A stretch of DNA of 38,283 bases from Octopus sinensis (taxonomy: Eukaryota), in assembly GCF_006345805.1 (NCBI RefSeq), contig NW_021835808.1, positions 1-38,283 of the forward strand, read 5' to 3'. The notes beneath the pieces were generated by a model that saw only the letters and a list, made by a program, of their open reading frames with translations, did no database searches and had not been told where the DNA came from. The position numbers were made by a program, and so were the translations under genes. Below are positions 21,102 through 33,800 of the stretch, piece by piece. Within the stretch, counting starts at the first letter, position 1. Each line of letters opens with the position of its first letter.

Positions 21102-23066
21102 CATACATATATATACACACACACACACATGCAAAATGAAATATTTTACAAACCTGATTTCTCTGTGCAAAAATTTGGATGAGAGGATTTTGGCAAGGAT
21201 CGTTAATCTATAAATAAAGAAAATAAAAAAAATATTGTTGAAAAGATACATATGAAAAACACATATTTTAATTATATATTTTACAATTTTTAAGCTCTCT
21301 TCAATATTTTTATAAAAGCCACTTAAACTGAGAATGTGACCTAATCTAAAAAAGGTGTTTTGAGCTTAAGAGAGCTTTTCAAGCTGAAAGTGAGGTTATC
21401 TGAGAAAATGGTTTGAGCTGAGAAAATAATTTTAGCTGAGAAAGTGTCTTGAGTAAAGAAATTGATTTGAGATGAGATAATAGTTTCAGATGAGAAAGTG
21501 ATCTGAGCTGAGAAAGTGTTTTGAATAAAGAAAATGATTTGAGTTCAGAAAAGGATTTGAGCTGAGAAAGTACTTTGAGCAGAGAAAAGGATTTGGGCTG
21601 AGAAAAGAATTTGAGCAGAGAAAAGGATTTGAGCTGAGAAAAGAATTTGAGCAGAGAAAAGGATTTGAGCTGAGAAAGTACTTTGAGTAAAGAAAATGAT
21701 TTGAGCTGAGAAAAGGATTTGAGCAGAGAAAAGGATTTGAGCTGAGAAAAGAATTTGAGCAGAGAAAAGGATTTGAGCAGAGAAAAGGATTTGAGCTGAG
21801 AAAAGGATTTGAGCTGAGAAAAGGATTTGAGCAGAGAAAAGGATTTGAGCTGAGAAAAGAATTTGAGCAGAGAAAAGGATTTGAGCAGAGAAAAGGATTT
21901 GAGCTGAGAAAAGAATTTGAGCAGAGAAAAGGATTTGAGCTGAGAAAGTACTTTGAGTAAAGAAAATGATTTGAGCTGAGAAAAGGATTTGAGCAGAGAA
22001 AAGGATTTGAGCTGAGAACAGAATTTGAGCAGAGAAAAGGATTTGAGCTGAGAAAAGAATTTGAGCAGAGAAAAGGATTTGAGCTGAGAAAAGAATTTGA
22101 GCAGAGAAAAGGATTTGAGCTGAGAAAAGAATTTGAGCAGAGAAAAGGATTTGAGCTGAGAAAAGAATTTGAGCAGAGAAAAGGATTTGAGCTGAGAAAG
22201 TACTTTGAGTAAAGAAAATGATTTGAGCTGAGAAAAGAATTTGAGCAGAGAAAAGGATTTGAGCTGAGAAAAGAATTTGAGCAGAGAAAAGGATTTGAGC
22301 TGAGAAAGTACTTTGATTAAAGAAAATGATTTGAGCTAAGAAATTAAATTTATTTTTGCTTCATGTATTTGTGAATAATAGAATCCTTATAGATTTCTAT
22401 GGGTTCAATCATTGGTTTAACTGTTTGAAATGAGAAAGCAGCTGGAGATTAAAGATGTTGACTGAAGTGTAGAAGGAAAGAGGAAATGATGGAAGTGAAG
22501 AAAAAGAAGGAAAGAAAGGATAGAAAGAAGAGAAGAAGATTGAAGCAGACGAATATACACAAGATAGAAAAAGAGAGAAAAGATGAAGAAGGAAAATAAA
22601 ATGGAAGGAAGAAGGAAAGAAAAAAAGAAAGAATACGGACAGAGCAGGGGACAAAGAATGCAAAGAGAATGAAGGAAGGAAAGAAAAGAGGGAAGTAAGG
22701 AAAGAGGAATGTAAGGAAAGAAGAAAGAGAAGAAAGAAAGAAGCGACAAAGAATGCTGGAGAAGCAGTGGTAGCAGATGACCCCCCCCCCATGGTAATCT
22801 TCTGTTCCCCTCCCCTCCTCCAGCCCTGCCTACCTTGAACTGTCAGGATGTGTGTACCGAACACTTGGCACCGACATGGAGACGTAATTCACCGTGAACG
22901 GTAACTCGATGTGGGTCTGTTTTGAGTGAGGTTGGAATTTGGAATCCTGCAAGAAACAAAAGAATGAAGACATTAGGAAGATCTTGGAACCAACACGGAG
23001 ATAGTCAGGGTACTTACCAACCATATTTACTGGTGTATATATATATGTATATATATATATATATAT

Positions 23067-23147
<81 letters not shown>

Positions 23148-24753
23148 ATATGTATATATATGTATGTACGAGGGGCGTTCAATAAGTAATGCCCCTGACT
23201 CACTTCCCATAGAAGTAGAGCAACGAAACTTGGCACAGTTATTAGTCTTTTTCTACATAGGAACCACCCAGAGTTACCCATTTCTTCCATCGTTTGATGC
23301 AGCGCTGGAGACCGTTTTTGTAGAAGACCCCAGCTTGGTCCGCCAACCACAACGTGACTTTAGAAATCAAGGCTGCATCATCTGGGAAACGCTTTCCTTT
23401 CAAAAACAACTTCATGGCTGGGAAGAGGTGAAAATCAGAGGGTGCAAGGTCAGGAGAGTAGGGGGATAGGGGAGGAGTTAATAGCAGCACGCCTGTGCTT
23501 CTGATCTGGCGACACACGAGTTGTGGACCGGAGCGTTGTCCTGCAGGAGGAGGATGCCTTTGCTGAGCTAGCCCCACCTCTTGATTTTGATAGCTTCTCT
23601 TAATTTCCTCAAAAGTGAAGCATAATAGGCTCCTGTAATTGTGGTACCCTTTGCCAGGAAATCTGTCATCACTACTCCGTCCTGGTCCCAGAAGACTGTG
23701 AGCATGACCTTGCCAGCGGAGGGCTGCACCTTTGCCTTCTTTAGAGGAGGTGAGTCACGGTGCATCCACTGCATTGACTGGGCTTTGGTCTCTGAATCAT
23801 CGTGATGGACCCAGGTTTCATCCTGTGTAATCAGTCTTTTGAAAAATCTTGACTCATCTTCTTGGCACATCTCCAAATTCATCCTCGAGCACTCAACGCA
23901 TTCTTGCTTCTGGAAAGGTATGAGCAACCTGGGAATCCATCTGGCAGACACCTTTTGCATATGCAAATGGTCATGAATGATAGTTTCCACAGACCCGGTA
24001 CTAATCTTGACCTCATGGGCTATTTGGTGAATAGTTATGCATCGATCTTCCAAAATGGCAGCCTAAACTTGATGGACAGATGCCTCATCAATGGCAGAAG
24101 GGGGTGACCAGATCTGGGAGCTGTTTCCACAGAGTTCCGACCATGTTTGAATTCACGATGCCAGCGTTTTACAAGGTCATATGATGGGGCATCATCACCA
24201 TAAGTTACTTTCATTTCATCAAAAGTCTCCCGTTCAAATACAAAAACCAGATCACTGCTCGACACTCAACAGGCTCCATTTCACACTTGACTTAGTTCAA
24301 ACACCTGTAAATCAGAAACCACAATTAGCTCAGAGCTGTAATTTGTCACTTAATCTATAGAGATATAAATAATTGCACATGCAAAATTTCAGCTAGATCG
24401 AACAACTGCAAGTGGGTCAGAGACATTACTTATTGAACATCCCTCGTATATAATAACAAAGGGTAAAATTAATTAATTAAGAAGTAATCAGTAATTTCAC
24501 CAAGTAGAATTCGGCATGAAAAAGGACCATTTCATGGTAAGCTTAAGTAATACTTTATAATTAGGGTTCAGCAAAGATTTGCTTCGCCACATACCGAAGT
24601 TTAGAAATAGCAGCCAAAAAATCTTAGCTATTTTTCTGGGAGTCCCTTTTTAAAGTAGAAGAAATAGCAAAGGTTTTTTGGCTGCTATTTCTAAACTTCG
24701 GTATGTGGTAAAGCAAATCTTTGCTGAACCCTAATTATAAGTATGTATGTATA

Positions 24754-24813
<60 letters not shown>

Positions 24814-27800
24814 GTATACTTACATATAAGAGAATATATGTATATAATATATATATGTATATATATCTATATATATATATATGTTTATATATATATATAT
24901 ATATATATAAACATATATATAGATGCCCTTTGGCAAATAAATTACTCTCTCAAATGTAATGCTTATTAATTCATATTGTTTTGGATTAACCATGGATTAT
25001 CTTGGAGGGTCAAGAATTCAATGGTTTGATAGTTTATTATCAGAATGGCATTGTAGGGTAGGTGTGAGAGTGGATGGGGAGAGGAAAGAGAAGGGAGAGA
25101 GGAGTAGATGGCAGATGGGAGAGGGGGATGAGAAAAGGAGGAAAGGGAAGAGTGGGGGGAGTGGGAAGAGGAGGGAAAGAAAGAGAGGGTAAAAAATAGA
25201 GGGGGGAAGAGACCGATATACTTACATTGACAAGAACTCTTTCTGTAGAGAATTCCTGCGACAAAGGCTGCAAGAATGTGTCTAGTTTGTGGACAGTGGA
25301 TTCCATTGCTTCTTCAGTGGCATTCACAGAAACACTGCAAGTAAGAATAAGAAAATAACTCCAAAATTAAGGCTTTTAGATACTCAAACATTAAACTATG
25401 TAAAACCATTTTTATTCTTATTTTTTTGTTGTCTTTGGTCAGAAAGCGTTATTTCCTATTTGCTTCTGTCAAAAAAATCAAAGAAAATCACAACTGTTCC
25501 CTTCAAACTTTACTTTTCTGACCTGGACATCAATGTTTTGAAACTGACCTATTTTCCATTACATTTCCCACAGATTCAGTGCTGAGTTGCTGAAGCAGAA
25601 ATATCGTTATAACAAATATTCTGCTCAATACCACAGATTTATTAATTGTCTTTAGTCAATGAATGTTATTTCCTATTTACTTCTATCTAGAAATCAAAGG
25701 AAATAACGACTATTCCATTCAAACTTTGCTTTTCTGATTTGGACGTGAATGTTTTGAAACTGACTAATTTCCCATTACATTTCCCAGATTCAGCTCTGAG
25801 TTGCTAAAGCAGAAATATCGTTATAACAATATTCTGCTCAATACCACAGATTTATTAATTGTCTTTAGTCAATGAATGTTATTTCCTATTTACTTCTATC
25901 TAGAAATCAAAGGAAATAACGACTATTCCATTCAAACTTTGCTTTTCTGATTTGGACGTGAATGTTTTGAAACTGACTAATTTCCCATTACATTTCCCAG
26001 ATTCAGCTCTGAGTTGCTAAAGCAGAAATATCGTTATAACAAATATTCTGCTCAATACAACAGCTATACTCGTCAGTTGCATGACCATAACCAGTTGAGC
26101 ATGTCCCTTAGTGGCTGACAATATGAGTATCATTGATGATGAGCAGAAGTAGTTGGGGAGCTTCATAGCCATGTGTTGAGAGGAATTCTTTGGGGTTTGA
26201 ATGAATGAAAAAAAAGCAAAGTTTGAAGGAAACATTAACCATTTTTCATACATCCTAGTACAGGTGTTTTGCTGTAGAGCTGAAGGAGATAAAAGGAAAG
26301 GTAGTGATGGGGGTGCAAGAGCAAACTCTCAAGGTACAAGAACAAGGTACAAGAACAAGAAGGTGAGCATGAAAGAGAATATGGACAGAAGACCACCAGA
26401 AGAGATGAAAGAGTTTGTGTGTGTGTTTTATCTATTATTTGTTTCAGCTATAGTAACCATACCAAAGTAGACATTGGGACATGATACAGTCCTTGGACAC
26501 ATCAGGTCAGTGGTCAAACTATCCAATCCATGCCAGCATGGAACATAAATGTTAAAAGATAATGATGATGATGATTGTTGACGGGTAAAGGTGATTTCAC
26601 TGCATCCATTCTGTGGGTTGGGAGACGTCTGGCAGGTCGGGAGCGGAAGTCCACTTTTCCCAGATCCGAAGGACAAGGAGAGGGTCATTAGCCAGAGCGT
26701 CTGGTGGGGGTTGGCATTTGCGGCAGGCGATGGATCCGTGGACAGTCGTAGATGACACGCTCCGCCGTCTCCTCTCCCACTCCACACTTTCTTATTTCTT
26801 TACTACCCACAAGGGGCTAGACATAGAGGGGACAAACAAGGACAGACAAGCGGATTAAGTCGATTATATCGACTCCAGTGCGTAACTGGTACTTATTTAA
26901 TCAACCCCGCAAGGATGAAAGGCAAAGTCGACCTCGGTGGAATTTGAACTCAGGTTCTGTCTATGGCTTGGTTGATCTTGTAGAGCCAGTACTTGAGGTC
27001 CGGGTGATGACCACTTCTAAGTCGGCTGAGTGTTACCTGCTGCTGCCTGGCTAGAGATGAATCAGCGGTTCTGCTCACTTTCTCTCCATGGTCGCCGTAG
27101 ATCCTCTTGACTCTTTCGTGTTTGAAGGGAGGTGGTTTAAGTGCCCGGTGGGTCGCTGCTTTCACTGCGTCGTAGTGGTGGTGGTGGGCTGTTGACTGGT
27201 CTCCTTCCGTGCCGCCGGCTTTGGCCTTCTCGTCTGCCAAGTCGTTGCCGGGGATCCGCAATGGCTAGGGCACCAGGTGATGGTTATCTGGCAACCGTTG
27301 TCATTGAGGTTTGAAAGGATGATGATGAGAGGGAGAGATAGATATAGAGAGAGAGGGAGAATGAGAGAGAAAGAGAGAGGGAGAGATAGAGAGAGAGAGA
27401 GGTAGAAAGAGAGAGAGAGAGTGAGGGAGAGAGAGACACCTGTAATTAGCAGATGGATTCTAAAGACAAGAAATGTAAAAGATGTCCTTTCAATAGATTC
27501 AGATGAAAAAACAAATAATAATTACCGAACATTTTTGAAGTTTAAGACATGGCCAGCTATTTGCTCCAGCTTAGCCACAACCTCATCAACATCGTCAAGC
27601 TCAGCCAGTGTCTTCATCATGTTCACCTGTATTAAAGTACAGCAAAGGAGTACAATTAGTAAAAACAAAAACAAAAAAGAAAAGCAAATGAGAGAACGTA
27701 AACAAAGAAAAAACTAGAAAAACATTCATATTTTTCTTGGGTGGGTCATTATGCTAATAATGAACACACACACTGGTTCTATTTCACTTCCTTTATTATT

Positions 27801-30800
27801 AGCAATCAACTAATTAATCATTTAACCAATTAACAAATCATTAATTTGATTAATTATTCAGTCAATCAATCAGCTAGATTTGTCCTTTCTTTGCCACTCA
27901 TATTTAATCACATTTGTGGTGGCATTATGGTGGTGGTAATGGGAAGGGCCTCTGGCTACAGAATATCAGCCCCTACAAAATCCGTTCCAAACCCAAGTGA
28001 GCATGGACAAGGGGACATTAAAACAATGACGATGATAACGGTGCATACAGGCACAGAACAAATACTGCAAAGCAATCTACCTGCCATCCTAGGAACTTGA
28101 CCAGGGTTTGAGTGACATGGCTAAAAATCAGGAATTTTAGTCCTTAACCCTTTAGCATACAGACTACTCTATCAAATATAATTCTTATTTATTCACTACG
28201 AGTGAGATCGTGGGCAAGTGTACCATATGAGCGAGATCGTGGCCAGAGCAACAAGCTGGCCTCCATGCCGACGGCACGTTAAAAACACCATTCGAGCGCG
28301 ATCGTTTCCTGCGTCGCCTTACTGGCACTTGTGCTGGTGGCACGTGAAAAAACATTCGAGCGAGGTTGTTGCCAGTGCCACTGGACTGGCTCCAGTGCAG
28401 GTGGCACATAAAAAGCACCATTTGAGCATGGCTGTTGCCAGTACCGCCTGACTACCTCTCGTGCCAGTGGCACGTAAAAGCACTCACTACACTCTCGGGG
28501 TGGTTGGTGTTAGGAAGGGCATCCAGCTGTAGAAACTCTGCCAGATCAGAGATTTATTATGACACAAAATTTGACAAGACTGGCCCTTTGAAATACAGGT
28601 GCTGCTCACTCATGGTGGAGGCGTAATGGCCCAGTGATTAGGGCAGCGGACTCGCGGTCGGAGGATCGCAGTTTCGATTCCCAGACCGGGTGTTGTGTGT
28701 GTTTATTGAGTGAAAACACCTAAAGCGCCAGCAGGGGGTGGTGGCAACCCCTGTTGTACTCTTTCGCCTCAACTTTCTCTCACTCTGTCTCTTCCTGTTT
28801 CTTGAGTAACGCTGCAATGGACTGGCGTCCCGCCCAGCTGGGGGGGGGGGGGGGCACAGATATGCCACAGAAACCGGGAAACTGGGCCCATCAGCCTGGC
28901 TAGGCTTGAAAAGGGTGCATAAATAAATAATCACTCTTGCCAGCTGAGTGAACTGGAGCAACATGAAATAAAGTGTCTTGCTCAAGAACACAGTGCATGG
29001 CCAGGAATTGAACTGCTGATGTTATCATCATAAGCCAAATATCCTAACCACCCGGCTACAGGCCTTCACTAGCGACTATATAAAACAATCCATGAAGAAT
29101 AAGCTCTGGCACACATGGGGCAAATATTCTTCCTGCCCGTAAGAATCAGTCCATGCAGTTCAATCCTGCTCCTTGGATTTGGAGGTCAAACCATTGTGGG
29201 TCAACGGGCTAAGACAGCTGCACTGACCAACAAGCTGCAGGTTTTACATTGGAGTGACGATCTAGGTGAGCTGCTTAATGGGGCTGAAGGGCTCCACCCA
29301 CCCTGGTGTTGTTGGAAGGGCATCAAAAGGGGATGCCAGACATCATGAGGGGGATCAACTCCTTGATTTACTGTCAAGGGTGATTCTGCCAGCCTTTTCC
29401 CTTCCCAAGGCACTCACAAAGCATTGAGGGTTTGTGTGCTCATTGTTTCTTCCTGCTAAGCATTTCACCCAGCATGCTAATGATTCTGCCAGCTTGCCAC
29501 CTAATAATAATGATGATGATGATGATGACGATGATGAAAAAAAAACAAAAAATCATGCCTCCTCATTGATATGACTGTCCCAATCGATATAAACGTATCT
29601 GTCAAGACCTACCAAAAACTGAGCAAATATAAAGATCTGGAAATAGAAATTAGCAGAATGTGGAAGCTGAAGACTAAAACAATACCTGTTGTCATAGGTG
29701 CCCTGGGAATGATAGCAAAAGGGGCTGATTGCTACCTAACTCAGATACCAGGAAACCCCAAAATGGCAGAAATTCAAAAGATAGTGCTCATGGGAACTGT
29801 CCATATCCTTCGCAAAATACTTTCTATGTAATCTCAAGTTTCAAAACAAACATAATTTTCGTATGGTTTTTTGGACATTCACTAGTACAACACTAAGTAC
29901 AAAACCAAATATATGGCACCCTAGGCATAACACCAACATGAACTTCCAACTTGTTGTCTCTTGAGGTCTCTGAGTGAGACTTGGACCCAACTTGTACAAA
30001 TATAAAGCAAAAGTCAAACAGAATAATAATAATAATAACAATAATAATAATAATAATCCTTTCTACTAGGGGCACAAGGCCTGAAATTGTGAAGAAGGGG
30101 ACTAGTTGATTACATTGGCCCCAGAGTTTCATTGGTACTTAATTTGCTAATTACCCTTTAGCTGGGACCCTAAAAGATGCTACTACACCTAGTCGAGGTA
30201 GACTTAGGAACAACAGTGGTTTAGAGGTGATTCTACCCTCGCTCTTCAAAACCAGGGTCCCACAAACCGATGCCGTTAAAAGTCATACCCAGGACTAACA
30301 ACTAATTTAGCTAAGCAGGTGAAACAGGTATGTGGACTGAGTGACTTACCTGAGTTACTCCAGAGAAAAGTTCCTTCCACTGGGCCGAAGGAGAAAGAGT
30401 TGAGGACGCCTGGCCCATGGCGTACATGTGACCACTGCTGGGGAGACTGGAAGCCATGTCAGAGGCAATCATTCGAATCAGGGTCTTGAGTCGGTCCTTA
30501 TCAGAGAAATTTGGTCTAGAGGAAGATGGAGAAGGAGAAACTATTTGAGACTGTTCCTGGTTCTATGAAAAATATTTCATGTTTTTAAAATCATCATCAT
30601 CATCATCATCATCGTTCAACGTCCGCTTTCCATGCTAGCATGGGTTGGACGGTTTGACTGAGGGCTGGCGAACCCGGATGGCTGCACCAGACTCCAATCT
30701 TGATCTGGCAGAGTTTCTAAAACTGGATGCCCTTCCTAACGCCAACCACTCTGAGAGTGGGTGCTTTTTATGTGCCACCGGCATGGGGTTCAGTCAGTCG

Positions 30801-33800
30801 CTGGACTGCCTCCTGTGCAGGTGGCACATAAAAAACACCATTTCAAGCGTGGCCATTGCCAGTACCACCAGACTGGCCCTCGTGCTGGTGGCACATAAAA
30901 AGCACCCACTGCACTCTCTGAGCGGTTGGCGTTAAGAAGGGCATCCAGCTGTAGAAACTCTGCCCAGATCAAGATTAGAGTCTAGTGCAGTCATCTGGTT
31001 CGCCAGACCTCAATCAAATCATCCAACCCATGCCAGCATGGAAAGCAGACGTTAAATGATGATGATGATGTTCACTCCAGATTAATAATGACAAAGATAG
31101 TTTCCTAAATCCATTATTATTTTCAAAACTAATCAAAACAAAAACTGAATTTCTACAGAAATATGGTAACGAAAAGGCTTAATTCTTTTAATATCAGTCT
31201 GTCCAAGACAGCCTAGAGTTTTATGATGCCAATATGTTGTTCTAAGGGTTTTGTACACTTACCTGGAAATAACATTCTGCCAGAGATCTAGCGTTTTGTC
31301 AAAATTTCTTTCAAGGCTGTGAGAACTCAATCTTATACACTAAAAGAAAAGGGGGGGAAAAATAGAGAAAAGGTTGAAGGATTATTTCTTCATATTAGGA
31401 ATGGTTGTGTGTTTGCAAAGTCTACTTCCTAAACATATGGTTCCAAGTTCAGCCCCACTGCATGGCACCATGGGGCAATTGGCTTCTAATATAGCCCTGG
31501 GCCAGTGGATTTGGTAGGCACAAACTAAAAGAAGTTTGTCATATATATATATATACAAGCAAACCCGCCACCCCCACTGGGGTCAATTCATTTGACCAAA
31601 AATTCTTCAAGATGGTGCCCCAGCATGGTCGCAGTCTCATGACTGGAACAAGTGAAAAGTAAACAAGATGATGGGCTTCTTACAGTTTTCACTTAGCAAA
31701 ACCAATCACAAGGCTTTGGTTGACCTAAGCGCTATAGCAGAAAGCACTTACCCAAGGTGTCACATTTTTACACCAAAGATGGGCCCAGCCCATGCTAGTA
31801 GGGTAATAAGAGCACCATTCGAGCGTGATCGTTACCAGTGTCGCCTTACTGGCACTCGAGCCCTGTGCTAGTAGGGTGCCAAGAGCACCATCCGAGCGTG
31901 ATCATTGCCAGAGCAGCTAACTGGCTTCTGTGCCAGTGGCACGTAAAAGACACCATTCGAGCGTGATCATTACTAGCGTCACCTTACTGGCACCTGTGCC
32001 GGTGGCATGTGTAAAAGATTCGAGTGAGGTCGTTGCCAGTACCGCCTGACTGGCCCCCATGCTGGTGGCACGTAAAAGCACCCACTTCACTCTCGGAGTG
32101 GTTGGCATTAGGAAGGGCATCCAGCTGTAGAAACTCTGCCAGATCAAGATTGGAGCCTGGTGAAGCCATCTGGTTTGCCAGCCCTCAGTCAAATCGTCCA
32201 ACCCATGCTAGCATGGAAAGCGGATGTTAAACGATGATGATGATTATGATGATGATGATGATGTCATTTGAGTTAGGGTCACAAGCCTAAGCAACACAAT
32301 AAAAAATAGGGCAGAGGTGTGAGAGATGTGAAGGTAACATAAAGATTTGGGTTTGCAAAATAAGGGACTCACCTGTTCGTAAGAATTTGATTCCGTATGA
32401 TGGTTACTCATGAATATGGAACATCCAAGACCTCCGGTGTAAAGATCGATCAGTTGTGATAATTCCTTGTAATTCCAAATACCAGCACCCATCCTAAACA
32501 GAAAAGATAGATCTTATGTTAATAAATAAATACATCAGAATATAGGAGCAAGCAGGACTGTGTGGTAAGAAGCTTGCTTCCCGACCACATGGTTTTGGGT
32601 TCTGTCCCACTGTGTGGCACCTTGGGCAAGTGTATTCTACTATTGTCTCATGCTGACCAAAGCCTTGTGAGCAAAGCTGGTTAGCTTTCATCCTTTCGGG
32701 GTCGATTAAATAAGTACCAGTTAATCACATAGGTTGATGTAATGGACTTAATCACCTTGTCGGTCCTTGTTTGTCCCCTCTATGTTTAGCCCCCTGTGGG
32801 CAATAAAGAAATAAATATTTCCAAGCTATCTTCTGACTTTCACAATTTTTCTAAGGCGGCGAGCTGGCAGAAACGTTAGCACGCCAGGCGAAAACCTTAG
32901 CGGTATTTCATCTGCTGTTACGTTCTGAGTTCAAATTCGGCCAAGGTCGACTTAGCCTTTCATCCTTTTGGGGTGAATAAATTAAGTACCAGTTACGCAC
33001 TGGGGTCGATGTAATCGACTTAATCCATTTGCCTGGCCTTGTTTGTCCCCTCTGTGTTTAGCCCCTTGTGGGTAGTAAAGAAATGGGTATTTCGTCTGCC
33101 ATTACGTTCTGAGTTCAAATTCCGCCGAGGTCGACTTTGCCTTTCATCCTTTCGGGGTCAATAAATTAAGTACCAGTTACGCACTGGGGTCAATATAGTC
33201 GACTTAATCCATTTGTCTGTCTTTGATTGTCCCCTCTGTGTGTAGCCCCTTGTGGGCAATAAAGAAATAGGAAACTGAAAGAAGCCTGTCGAGTGTATAT
33301 GCAAGCGTGTGTCTTTGTATTTGTGTTCATCCTCCACCACCACCACCACTTGACAACCGGTGTTGGTGTTTTCACATCACAATAACTTAGCGATTCAGCA
33401 AAAGAAACTGATAGAATAAATACCATGCTTTACAAAAAGACAAAAAAAAAAACAAGTACTGGGGTTGCTCCATTCAATTAAGATTCTCCAGGTCAGTGCC
33501 CCAGTATGGCCACAGTCTAATGATTGAAACAAGTGTGGTTGTGTAGCAAGAAACTCACTTCCCAATCATGATGATGATGATGATGATGATGCTGATGAAA
33601 ATAAACAGCAGATTGCATCTGAACGTGGCCGTTGCCAGCGCCGCCCCGATGGGCCTCTGTGCCGGTGGCACGTAAAAAGCACCATCCAATCGTGACCGTT
33701 TGCCAGCCTTGCCTGGCCTCCGTGCCGTTGTCACGTAAAAAGCACCAGCTGACCGTGGCTGTTTGCCAGCCTCGTCTGGCACGTAAAAAGCACCATCTGA

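Noticed and set aside
21361-22327. CRISPR-like or coding interpretation of the 18-bp array
   Set aside because: No unique spacers and eukaryotic intron context; open minus-strand frames only reflect T/C richness
29115-29413. LHWSDDL and KGIKRGC resembling RT motifs
   Set aside because: Motif order is reversed relative to reverse transcriptase
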